Assembly (NCBI GenBank): GCA_038087875.1
Contig: CM075989.1
Location: forward strand, 3,968,001 to 4,032,000
Length of the DNA: 64,000 nt
Source of the DNA: Malacoraja senta
Lineage: Eukaryota
Direction of reading: 5' to 3'
The position numbers and the translations under genes were made by a program. The notes under the pieces are model-generated. The model worked only from the letters and a program-made list of their open reading frames with translations, searched no databases and was not told the origin of the DNA. Position 1 is the stretch's first letter; the number at the start of each line of letters is the position of its first letter. Positions 13,341 to 25,258 of the stretch are shown in pieces.

Positions 13341-15462
13341 CCTTCGGCCGATGTTTGACTCGCCGCCCGGCTTCTCCGGAGTTCTCTGGGGGGCCTGTAG
13401 GGCGGGTCGGGCCTGGTCGGCGGCGCGGTTGTTCGGCGGGTGGATCGGGCCCGCAAATAATACACTGATCAGATCAGTGTTGGGGCCTCAATGTTGTACA
13501 ATATATTAAATGGCTTGGCTATATAATGTGGGGAAGTGCACAACAGTCCACTTTAGCAGGAAGAATCAGAGAAAAGGTGTTTTTGGCAGGGTGGATGCAG
13601 AGAGGATGTTTCCTCTTGTGCGGGAGTCTAGAATGAGGGGTCACAGTTAAACATGGAACAGTACAGTCCAGGAATGTCTTTGCAGAACATGTTGACAAAA
13701 TAAATGAAGCATTTATGAAGAACTATTCACGCTCACCAACGTTCCCACATTCTCTGCATATCCATGTGATTATTTAAAAACCTCTTAAATGTTACCATTA
13801 TAAGTTCCACCACCAACTTAGCAGTGCGTTCCAGACACCCACCATTCTCTGTAACAAAACTTCCCATGCACATCTCCTTTAAACTTTGTCCCTCTCGCCT
13901 TTAAGCCTTGCGCTCTAGTCTTTGACATTTCCTTTCCACCCTTAGAAAAAGGTAATGGCTGTTTACCCGAGCTATGCTTCTCATAATTTAATATACCAAC
14001 ACAATTGTATTGTCTATTATTGTCATGTGTACAGTGTACAGAGAAAAGCTTTTGATTGCTTTCTATCAATCAAGTCAAACTATACTACACATGAGTACAA
14101 TGTGCTGCAGTACTGCAACAGGTAGTGTCAAGAGAAAAGTAGAATACAGTGTTACAGCATTACAATGTTAGAGTTACAATTGGGCGGTACGGTGGTGTAG
14201 CAGGAGAGTTCCTGCCTTACAGAGCCAGAGACCCGGGTTTGATCCAGACTACGGGTGCTTGTCTGTACAGAGTTTATAGGTTTTCCCGGTGACCTGCATG
14301 AGTCTTGTCCGGGAGCTCTGGTTTTTCCCCACACTCCAAAGACCTACAGGTTTGTAGGTTAATTGTCTTGGTATAATTGTAAATTGTCCCGAGTGTGTGT
14401 AGGATAGTGTTAATGCGCGGGGATCGCAGGTAGGCTGAAGATCCTGTTTCCATGCTGTATCTCTAAACTAAACTAAATTAAAATGTTACAGAGAAAGTGC
14501 GATGAAGAGGCCGGAGAAGAGAGAATGACTGGTGATAAAATGGTCCTTGATTGAGTTGGAGATATTTCCGAAGCAGCGGGAAGTGTAACTGGAATCAATG
14601 GGAGGAAGGTTGGTTTCTGTGAGGGACTGGCTATATCCACATCTCTCTGCAATTTCTTGCAGAGTTGGGCAGAGCTATGGTCAAACCAAGTTTTGATTTT
14701 GTGATCACGGTTAAAGATGCAACTTCAATGGCTGGTAAGATTTGCTGGAGACATGCCAAAAATGTCCTTAGTCTTCTAAGAGGCATTGGTGGTTTCTTGG
14801 CTGTAGATTCAATGTGGTTGGTTCAGGACGTTCTCCCCGTGACCTGCGTGGGTTTTCTCCGACATCTTCGATTTCCTCCCACACTCCAAAGATGTACAGA
14901 TTTGTAGGTTAATTGACAGTATATGACAATATTGACAGTATTGACAATATAAAAATTGTCCCCAGTGTGTGTAGAATTGTGTAAATGTGCGAGGATCACT
15001 GGTCAGCGTGGACTCAGTGGGCCGAAGGCCCTGTTTCTGCGCTGTATCTCTAAACTAAGCTAAAAAATAAGGTGACATGATCAAAAATACATCGACGCAA
15101 TGGCAGTCTCTAAAGCAACTTACAAAGCAACTTTCAAGAACAAATCAAACACTCCTGAACTCTCTCAAATCCATTCACTGCAGTCAGCTCAGAGGTACAG
15201 CTAGTAGGACTGCTGCCTCATAGTCCCTGTGTCCAGGGCTCAATCCCCACCTTCTGCAGTGTCTGTGTGAGATTTGGCACATTCTTCCCATGACTATGTT
15301 TCCCCTTGCTAATCCCAATGACGTGTGGGTACTGTAAACTACCTCTCATGTACAGGATAATGGAACAATCTGGGGGGAGTTGACAGGACTGTGGAGAGAA
15401 TAGAATGGAAGGAAAATTACTGCAACAATGGGAAGGTACAGATAGCACAGATACGAAGAAGT

Positions 15463-15684
15463 GTAGGAAGGAACTGCAGATGCTGGTTTAAAACGAAAGA
15501 TAGACACAAAAAGGTGGAGTAACTCAGCGGGTCAGGCAACATCTCTGGAGAAAAGGAATAGGTGACATTTCGGGTCGAGACCCTTCTTCAGGTCTGAAGA
15601 AGGGCCTTGACCCAAAATGTCACCTATTCCTTTTCTCCAGAGATGCTGCCTGACCTGCTGAGTTACTCCACCTTTTTGTGTCTA
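15463..15684. mobile_element. head-to-head pair of Penelope-like terminal repeats, representative of ~25 dispersed copies
   Basis: 91-bp arms at 15501-15591 and 15594-15684. The unit CTGAAGAAGGGTCTCGACCCGAAACGTCACCTATTCC..GAGATGCTGCCTGACCCGCTGAGTTACTCCAGC also lies directly 3' of GIY-YIG fragments elsewhere in the window. Confidence 0.75.
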
Positions 15685-16609
15685 CAGACAGGGAGAACCT
15701 GTTTCCCAAAGTGGAAATGTCAAAGACCAGATGGCATAGGTTTAAGGTGAGCGGGGCAAAATTTACGGGACATGTACAGGGCAATTATTTTACATATAGT
15801 GGATGGTGTGTTCCTGGAACATGCTTCTAAGGGTGGTGATGGAGGCAGATATGATGCTGGAGTTTAGGATGCTTTTGGATAGGCACATGGACATGCAGGG
15901 AATGGTGGGATATAGATCACATGTTGGCAGAGGGGATCAGTTTATCTTAGCATTGTGTTTGGCGCAGATATTGTGGGTCGAAGGTGCTGTTCCTGTGCTA
16001 TACTTTTCCTTTATCTTTGTTGAATGGGTTACACTGTGAACCTACACACAATAATCTCAATAGGCCAAAACAGTTCCCTTCTTGTAAGAAAATATAGCAA
16101 GTCTGTTGACACAGCTAATTCTAGTCATAGTTGGGAAAATGTGCAGTCCAAAATTCAATGAAGAGACAAAATTTCAACATGGCAAGACGTGGAAGGCAAC
16201 TCCAATGAAAATTATGATGGAGAAATCAAACATATTAAAACTGAGAAACAATACGTTGAACATATTTACAAATAGACAGTATGATTGTGAGAATTCGGAA
16301 CAACAATTCTCAATATAGGTTCTTGACACGTGTGAACTGTTCTTTAGATTTTGTTTGAATAATATTTGAAAAACATGTCCATTTTGTCACATTTAATTCA
16401 TGTACAGTAGTTTGCTGGTGGCAATACACAGCAAATATCTGTTATAATTTCTGAATAGGCATTAATACAATTCACAATAGCTGTAAAGGGAATGGGTTGC
16501 GAGAGAAACGTTAGGTGGGGTCTTGGAGAAACTATGATTAAACATTGTTTTAAAAAATTACAAAAATTACAAAAAATCAAGATAGTCCCCCAATTCTAAA
16601 GGATAAACC

Positions 16610-18211
16610 TTAATGAATTTTTTGCTTTTTCTTCCGTGCAATACGACAAAGTTTCTTCAGTGTTCCAACCACAAGCACAGTGAGCAGGAGTAACACAGAC
16701 AACAGAAAGATCATCACATCTACACAATAGTAAGCGTACCAGGGGAGTCGGTGGGATTCTGAGCGCAAATGCCCCGCTCCTTTGTGTCGGGCAACGTACT
16801 CAACCCAGAAAACGGCTCTCTCCATTGGTGACTCTGGCTGGTCCCGATGGAGAGCGGAGAGTCTCTTCATGTTGTCCCCATAAGATGTGCCGTTTATCAC
16901 CTCGTTGAGTGCCTGCAACAGATCTGTGGAGTGCATGGTTGCAATGTTGACCACTTTTGCTGCTCCTCGGGATTCGAGTCTAATTAAATTGTCAAACTGA
17001 TCAAAAAGCAGAGGCATGCCGATCACTGGCACCCCATGGTAGATGGCTTCATAAATCCCATTGGTACCTCCATGTGAAACAAAGGCTCGTGTGTTGGGGT
17101 GACCCAGCAGGTCGTTCTGAGGGATCCATTTTGCCAGCAGTGTATTATTCCCTATATTGGGAGGGGTCTCACCATCATATCTCCAGATAACCTTCTGGGG
17201 GATTTGGAGATAAAGCTTCTGCTATTTTCATTGTAATCTCCATTGGCAAGAAACTGACGATAGTCCCCATTGACATTATAACAAGTCCATGTTTCCCTGA
17301 GCTTTGGACAAACTCCTCAAACTCTGCTGCCAGAGGCCGTGCTGGTTTACACTGGAAGCCTCCGATGTACACAATGTTTGGCATGGTGGGTCTTGGGAAT
17401 TCAAACACAAAATCCACCCTCATCAGCCACACATCAGAGCTCAGAAGAATTCCCTTGAAAGTCTGTGTTTGGCCCCAGGTACCGATGGCAGAGTTCATTG
17501 TAAATGGGGTAAATGAGGAATTCCGAAATATTGATCTGATTTAGATTCAGAATGACGTTCTGTGTCCTTTCAAAGGAAGGTCATTTTGTCCGTGAAAGAA
17601 CCGGTGATGGGGATGTAGGAAGGTGGTGATGGGGCAGAGAGGAAGTGGGCTTCCTTGCTAGGGAACCACCGTACGTTGTACACCACTGGAAGCTTCAAGT
17701 AAGAAGCCAGAATTGGACCAGTACCAAAAGCAGGATCTGTAAGCACCAAGTCAAAGTTGGCATCTTCAATTTGGTTTAATAAAACTTTGTTTTTAAATAT
17801 TGCAACAGTGATCTGTCCAGCACATTGATGGTAGTAATACAATGCAGACCACATCTGGTATTGCACCTGAAGAAATGCCCAAGGTGTCATTCCATACCTT
17901 AAGGCTATCAGTACCTTTTGCAGATAACCTTGTATTATTTTTTCAGTTTCGTTTTTCCCAAGGCATTCATCCATTTGGACCACAATGGATTGATAAAGAT
18001 CAGGCTTTTCTTTGATATACCAGGATGTTGAGGGATGAACCACAGTAATTTTGTGTCCATGAAGGTTCAGTTCTTCCACTAGGATTTTCATATTGACCCA
18101 GTGACTTCCATCGACAGGTACAACCAATATCTTCATTGGCGATGACAGGGTGATAATGGCACAAAGAACAAATATGGCCAGTAACTCACTGCGCCAGTTT
18201 GAATGCTTCAT
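16610..18211 (-). pseudogene. ugt5: single-coding-exon UDP-glucuronosyltransferase, UGT5-type, with three +1 frameshifts (young pseudogene or consensus indel errors)
   Basis: Signal peptide, VPVDGSHWVNM (catalytic His), DVWLMRVDFVFEFPRPTMPN, WIPQNDLLGHPNTRAFVSHGGTNGIYEAIYHGVP, TM helix and KKKQKIH ER-retention tail. Frameshifts at ~17572, ~17455 and ~17208; the corrected length is 532 aa. Splice acceptor TTTCCCAACAG ends at 18237, 25 nt before the ATG. Confidence 0.88.
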
Positions 18212-19319
18212 ATTGAGAGTGGGTGATCTCCAAGTTCTGTTGGGAAATTGGAAAAAATGTTTTGGTGACAATAACATAATTTGTGTAGGAAGGAACTGCA
18301 GATGCTGGTTTAAACCGAAGATGGATACAAACAGCTGGAGTAACTCAGCGGGTCAGGCAGCATCTCTGGAGAGAAGGCATCGAAGGTAGACACAAAATGT
18401 TGGAGTAACTCAGCGGGATGGGCAAGCATCAGTCTGAAGAAGGGACTCAATTGTACTTGAGTTTGGCTTGATTGTATTCATGCATAGTATTATAGTACTT
18501 TAGAGATACAGCGCGGAAACAGGCCCTTCGGCCCACCGAGTCTGCGCCGACTGCCAATATTTTGATTTCAAAAATATATTTTCTTCAGTAAGTCTGCAAA
18601 TTCACCAAACGGTACAGTCATATGTTGCCATTCGCTGTGTCAAACACATCACTTCACTGACATATGATTCACTTTATATTGACGCCAGCAATTTGTCTTT
18701 CACCTAACTTACATGACCGAGGGGTTTATACAAAGGCTCTGTTCCCTCAACATACAGTAGTGTTAGTTTGTAAACTCTGCCCTTTCCCCACTACAGAGTG
18801 CTTGCCTCAAGCTTCAGTGTACCGCCCTTGGCTGATGCTGGGAAGGACCGTCTCCCTCTGATCCTTCTTGCACTGGCAGCGTCTCATTGCTGTTGAATCC
18901 GGCTGTTCAAGGCGACTGTGGCGAGAATTAGACTTTTTTCATCTACCTCTGTAATGTGTGTTGGCCAAGAAAGTATGAAAAGGAATGCAGTTTCTTTTTA
19001 TCAAGGACAGTCTGGAATGTTTAAACTTGTTTAGCTCCCAGCACTGGAAGTCCTGCAGGATTCGGTCAATTTAAAATGGCCGTTTGATCGAGCTGATCAT
19101 CTTTCAACAGCGGTGTACGCCTGCCTGAATGTGTACACCTGGGAAAAGCCCACAGGGCACAGAGGACTATTTTATACCCAGAGGCGGAGCAGTGACAGTG
19201 GGAAGTTCAATAAGGAGCTGTTAGGATTGCAGTAGAGCAGGGTGCTGATCTAGCTTGAGATACAGTGTCAAACCCAGAGGCAGAACAGCACCAAAGAGAA
19301 GTTTAAAAAGAGCCATATC

Positions 19320-19699
19320 TTTCACTTGCACCTCCTCCAACCTCATCAACTGTATCCCCTGTTCCAGGAGTGGACTCTTATTCATCGGCAAGACCAAACA
19401 CAGACTGGGCGATCGTTTCGCTAAATATATTCACAGTCCGCCTTGGCCTACATGATATCCCAGTTGCCAAACACTTTAACTTCCCCACCCATTCCCACTG
19501 ACCTTTCTGTCCTGGGCCTCCTCCATTGTCAGAGTGAGACCAAATGCAAATTGGAGGAACAGCACCTCATATTTTGTACACTGTATATCTCTGATTTCTC
19601 TCTCCCTGACTCTTGCCTGAAGAAGGGTCTCGACTCGAAACATCACCTATTCCTTCTCTCCAGATGCTGCCTGTCCCGCTGAGTTGGTCCAGCTTTTTG

Positions 19700-19700
<1 letters not shown>
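19320..19700 (+). mobile_element. Penelope-like element 3' fragment (GIY-YIG + terminal repeat)
   Basis: FTCTSSNLINCIPCSRSGLLFIGKTKHRLGDRFA...KLEEQHLIF, followed by the CTGAAGAAGGGTCTCGA repeat at 19617. Confidence 0.8.
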
Positions 19701-19738
<38 letters not shown>

Positions 19739-20850
19739 ACATAGCTAAAGCTCTGATCTCGTTATCCTCCGGTTTGCACGGTCCTATTTTTGCAAAAACA
19801 ATACGTGATAGTGCCACGATTTTTTGCCAGCTTACTCGTCATTCTCCTGTGCTGCGAGTACACCAAGTTTCGTTACGATCGGTGATCTATTGTAAAAGTT
19901 AGCGAGGTTTAAAAATCTTAAAAACCGTGCGTGCGCAGATCGATCTCCTCTCCAGCCAGTCAGTGCCGTGCGGATTAGTCTCTTCTCCTGTCACTCCGCA
20001 GGACGGTCCGCCCCTTCCTGCGCCATCGCGTCTTTACTGGAGCTGAGGGAGGCCCTGGATGGCTGGTGGACATCTCCAACCGGACACAATTTTCAGAGGG
20101 ACCAGCCCAACCCATCGCGGAGTTGGAGTTGTCGCCGATATCGCCAAACGGAAAGTGGAGACTCTGATCCCAGTGGAGGAGAACATCCAGCGCCCAGCCC
20201 CTTTCCCTCTGGTCCCCCTCGCGTCAGCTCCAGCCCCTTTCCCTCTGGTCCCCCTCGCCGGCTCCGGCCACCCTCCGCCTTGATACCCCCTCCCCCACAA
20301 CCCCCGTCTTTTCACCGAGCTCTCCCCTCCCCCACCGGCCCCCAAAAGCACCCACCTGAAGCCGTACCCCTGCCCCGGCTGCAGGACGCTCCCAACAGGC
20401 CCCCCCCGAAGCCGTCCCCCGCCTGAAGCCGGTGGGCAGCGGTAGGCCATGGCAGCGGTCCCCCCCCACCAGCTCCCAACAGGCCCCCCCCCGAAGCCGT
20501 CCTCCTCCCCGGCTGCAGGACGCTTCCCCCCTCCCCCACCGGCCCGTGACAGCCCCCGCCTGAAGCTGTGCCCCTTCCCGGCTGCAGGACGCTCCCCCCA
20601 GGCCCCTGACAGCCCCCGCCTGAAGCCGTCCCCCTCCACCGGCTGCAGAACGCAACAAGAGACGCAACAAGAAAGAACGGACTGAATAAATCTCATCTTT
20701 AACGTTTAAATTGTTGTTATATTTTAAGTTATTCACATTTTAAGTTTAAATAAATCCCTTTTCCACTTGCCGTGCCCGTCAGCTGCACCTGCGCAGTAAT
20801 ACCACAATGGCTGCGTCGCCAGAGAGCCGTGAAGAGAGCCATGAAGAGTG
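19700..20850 (+). mobile_element. non-autonomous repeat, possibly Helitron-like, with (TATC)n start and internal GC-rich minisatellite (20190-20650)
   Basis: (TATC)n followed by sequence homologous to an inverted partial copy at ~6815-6960, then tandem GAAGCCGTCCCC..GGCTGCAGGACGC units. Class assignment is tentative. Confidence 0.4.
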
Positions 20851-23034
20851 GATGGGGGGGGGGGGGGGGTTGAGGGGGCATGGATCATTTCTTCTTTCCG
20901 CACCCCCCCCCCCACATCAGTCTGAAGAAAGGTCCTGACCTGAAACGTCACCTATTCCTTCGCTCCATAGATGGTGCCTCACCCGCTGACTTTCTCCAGC
21001 ATTTTTGTCTTCCTCAGACTCCTATTAAATCTTTTCCCCTTCACCTTGAACCTATGTCCATTGGTCCTCGATTCCCCTACTCTGGGCAAGAAACTCTGTG
21101 CATCTACCCGATCTATTCCTCTCATGATGCTCAACCTTTCCCTATAGCTCACACCCTCTAGTCCTAGCAACATCCTCGGAAATCTCCTCTGAACCCTTTC
21201 AAGCTTGACAATATCTTTCCTATAACATGGCGCCCAGAACTGAACACAATATTATAGAAGCGGTCTCACCAACGTCTTATACAACTGCAACATGACCTCC
21301 TAACCTCTATACTCAATATTCTGAATGATGAAGACCAATGTGCCAAAAGCCTTTTGACCACCCAATCTACCTGTGACTCGACCTTTAAGGAGCCATGCAC
21401 CTGCACTCCTAGATCTCTGGAGAAAAGGACCAAGCCCCTTGTCCAGACCCGAAACGTCACTTATTCCTTTTCTCCAGAGATGCTGCCTGACCCGCTGAGT
21501 AACTCCAGCTTTTTGTGTTTATCTTCAGTTCCTCCCTCCACATTCATTCTGGCAAACCTCCTCTGCACCCTTTCCAAAGCCTCCTCATCCTTCCTGTAAT
21601 GAGGGCAACCAGTACCGCAGGTAATACTTTTTTTTAAAGCGCAGCCTAACCAACATCTGATAAAGATGCTGCACAGCGTGATGCAGCCACACACATGGTC
21701 ACTTTAAGGACGGGAATGTCGTATCCACGGTGGATACATGTTCCCTTCCATCTCTGCAGAAACAGAGCTCTTTCAACAAAACACAGTGCTGGAGGAACTA
21801 AGGCAGCATCTGCAACGTTTTGGATAGGGATCCTTCTTCAGTCCGATTACAGTAGGGCTTTGTGTTGTGGAAAAAAAATCAACTACCGTACTTAACCTGC
21901 CGAACAAAGCTGCCCCAAGCTTCTTCCCTTCAGAAAACGGAAGGGAAGCTGGACAAGAAAAACACACGTCGACAATGGTGGCCGTACATGGAATTGTTTA
22001 CTTATAAACCAACAGCAAAGTTACAGGTCACATTGGACTCCAGTAAACAAATGTCCTGAGCAAAGATACTAGAGGAGCTCCTCTAGAATCTTTGGTCCCG
22101 AGTGGGACACTGTGAAGTCTTTGAAAAGTTAGGCTGCACTTTGATCGTTTCGATTTTCCTTCCTAAATAAGAAATCTGCTAACGTTTTTCATTTGAGGAT
22201 CAGGACATTTGTTCAACGGGTTAACGTGTACGTTGCTTACATCTCAATCCTGCAGTATGTAAAAATCTTTAAACATAGAGGCTGTTAACTTACCTCAAGT
22301 CAGCGGTCTCTATGTCTTAAGGGGGAGGGGAAAGCTTATCTTATTTTCAGTTTGTTGAACAAATGACTAATCCAGTTTGTGATTTGAATTAAAAATCTAA
22401 ACGTCAATTGTTCTGTTTGAAAGCAGTTTTTTTTTCCAATTCCCACTCCCACTTTGCAGACCATTTGACGATATTAACTCCTTCAGTGGTTGAAAGCAAG
22501 ATTAACCCTTTTCGTCTTTTCATTCCCACTTGCTCTGATTTTTGTGTAAGTAGGTTGTATGGAAAAGCTCCCAAGTGACGTCAAAGAGAAATAATGTAAA
22601 TGCTGTAACCTCTATGTATATATTTTTTAAAAAGCAGACATTTCTGGAAAAGCCCAAATCGTTTGGCTGTAGATTGATCAAAAGAAAAAAATCAACCCAC
22701 TTAGAAGCTGGAATTGTAAATCCAATGGGAAATGCTTTTAATTAACCTTTCAGGGGCCGGAGAGGACTCGGCAGCGATAGTGGAGAGGTCGGTGTGGCGG
22801 CCGATGCTGGCGCCGACCGACGGATGAGGACGGACTACGTGGAGTGAGTGGAGGGAACAATGGAAGACCCTGTGTGGGGGGGGGATGCCGTGGGGGAGGG
22901 GGCAGCGAGGGAAGAATAAAGGGGATCTGGCACGGGGGGGGGGGGGAGGGGGTGAGGGATGGATCTATAACTTTATAAGTGCCCTTTATGGGCAGAATTT
23001 CACTGTGACTTGTCACATGTGACAATACAGTATA

Positions 23035-23280
23035 CTCTGGAATTCTCTGCCACAGAAGGTAGTTGAGGCCAGTTCATTGGCTATATTTAAGAGGGAGTTA
23101 GATGTGGCCCTTGTGGCTAAAGGGATCAGGGGGTATGGAGAGAAGGCAGGTACAGGATACTGAGTTGGATGATCAGCCATGATCATATTGAATGGCGGTG
23201 CAGGCTCGAAGGGCCGAATGGCCTACTCCTGCACCTATTTTCTATGTTTCTATGTATTCTATTCTATTCTATTCTATTGT
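23035..23280 (+). mobile_element. CR1 3' end, short insertion
   Basis: Matches the 3' end of the CR1 at 7804, including the TTTCTATG tail. Confidence 0.85.
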
Positions 23281-23374
23281 AGGGGTCTTGATCACTGCAC
23301 AAACACTAATCTCTGTAACTATGATCATCTTTGAATTGTGTCTTTGGTTGCACAATGGACATTGGTTTTGCATT

Positions 23375-23962
23375 GAAGGTAGACACAAAGTGCTGGAGTA
23401 ACTCAGCGGGACAGGCAGCGTCTCTGGATAGAAGGAATGGGTGATGTTTCGGGTTGAGACTGAGCGTCAGGGGAGAGGGGGACGGAGAGAGAAGGAAGGG
23501 TAAGGGATCAAAAGAGATGCAGATCAAGGAAAATCTAGAATAGCTGGGAGACGGTGACAACAATCAAACAGAAATACAATGTAATCAGTGGGACAGTCAG
23601 ACTGGTCGGAGAACTGGGAAGGGGGATGGATGGAGAGAAAGGGAGAGCAAGGGTTACTTGATGTTGTCAATGTTCATACCGCTGGGGTGTAAGCTGCCCA
23701 AGCGAAATATGAGATGCTGTTCCTCCAATTTGCGCTGGGCCTCACTCTGACAATGGAGGAGGCCCAGGACAGAAAGGTCAGTGTGGGAAAGGGTGGGGGA
23801 GTTAAAGTGTTTAGCAACCGGGAGATCAGGTAGGTATAGGCGGACTGAACGGAGGTGTTCAGCGAAACGATCGGCAAGCCTGCGCTTGGTCTCACCGATA
23901 TACAGGGGTCCACACCTGGAACAGCGGATACAGAAGATGAGGTTGGAGGAGGTGCAAGTGAA
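23375..23962 (-). mobile_element. Penelope-like element 3' fragment, GIY-YIG endonuclease
   Basis: ORF 23654-23974 FTCTSSNLIFCIRCSRCGPLYIGETKRRLADRFAEH...[26 protein letters not shown], followed by the terminal repeat at ~23460-23375. Other fragments at ~43020-43260(+) and 46318-46382(-). Confidence 0.88.
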
Positions 23963-24945
23963 CACCCTCTCCACCCCCCCCCCTCTCCTCGCCCCTCCTC
24001 AAGAAGCCTGATGGCTTCTTCCCCACAGCCATCAGGCTATTAAACTCGCCATGAAACAAACTCTGAACTATAACAGCCTTTTGCACTTTATCTGTTTATT
24101 TATGTGTATATATATGGTCTATGCTATATAAACACACTGAACTGTTCTGTATTTATGCTTTCTATATTCTGTTGTGCTGCATCAAGCAATCATTTCATTG
24201 TCCTATCTGGGACACATGACAATAAACTCTCTTGACTTGACTTGACTTGCATCTAAAAGTTAAGCTGCTGCAAGTAAGAATTTCATTGTTCCATTGTCAG
24301 TATACATGTCAATTTGGGGATGGCATGGTGGCGCAGCGATAGAGTCACTGCCTTACAGCGCCAAAGACCCAGGTTTGGTCCTGACTAATGGTGCTGTCCT
24401 TGTGGAGTTTGTACATTTTCCCATGTGACCGCGTGGGCTTTCTCCCGGTGCTCCGGTGCTCCGGTTTCCTCCTACATTCCAAATGTTTTTTTGGTTAAAA
24501 GGTTTCAGTAAAATTGTAAATTGTCCTTAGTGTGTAGGATACTGCTAATATATGGGATGATCACTGGTCGGCATGGACTCAGAGGACAGAAGGGTCTGTT
24601 TACATGCTGTCTCTCTAAAAAACATTTTATTTTGAGTGATAAATTACATTCTTTTTCTAACACTGCAACAGGATTAACGATATCAAATATATTACTGAGT
24701 ACAGATTGTAAAACAGGTATAATTTGCTTTGGAGATTGATTGATTGCAAGATACCGCATGGAAACTGGCCCTTCATCTCACTGAGTCCAGACCATTGATC
24801 ACCCATTCACACTAGTTCTATGCAATCCCACTTTCTCATCCACTCCCTGCACACTGTGCTACACTGTTCTATATTCTGGAACGTGCAAACTCTACACATT
24901 GCTTGTTGTGTAGCAATGTGTGGAGTTTGCAGGTTCTATCGCCAG

Positions 24946-25258
24946 AGACTGGATAGACTCGGCTTGTACTCGCTAGAATTTAGAAGATTGAGGGGGGATC
25001 TTATAGAAACTTACAAAATTCTTAAGGGGTTGGACAGGCTAGATGCAGGAAGATTGTTCCCGATGTTGGGGAAGTCCAGAACAAGGGGTCACAATTTAAG
25101 GATAAGGGGGAAATCTTTTAGGACCGAGATGAGAAATACATTTTTCACACAGAGAGTGGTGAATCTCTGGAATTCTCTGCCACAGAAGGTAGTTGAGGCC
25201 AGTTCATTGGCTATATTTAAGAGGGAGTTAGATGTGGCCCTTGTGGCTAAAGGGATCA
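24946..25258 (+). mobile_element. CR1 3'-region fragment inverted against the adjacent long CR1
   Basis: Encodes RLGLYSLEFRRLRGDLIETYKI...[10 protein letters not shown]; reverse complement of 25259-25542. Confidence 0.88.

Noticed and set aside
12798..13509. 186-206 aa ORFs with AAEAPT repeats
   Set aside because: Open frames are produced by an 18-bp GC-rich minisatellite; no domain similarity.
17175..17600. Programmed frameshifting or micro-introns restoring the UGT frame
   Set aside because: No slippery heptamer, no room for GT-AG introns, and the first insertion creates an immediate stop.
19968..20736. Several Pro/Gly-rich ORFs on both strands
   Set aside because: Artefacts of a GC-rich minisatellite.
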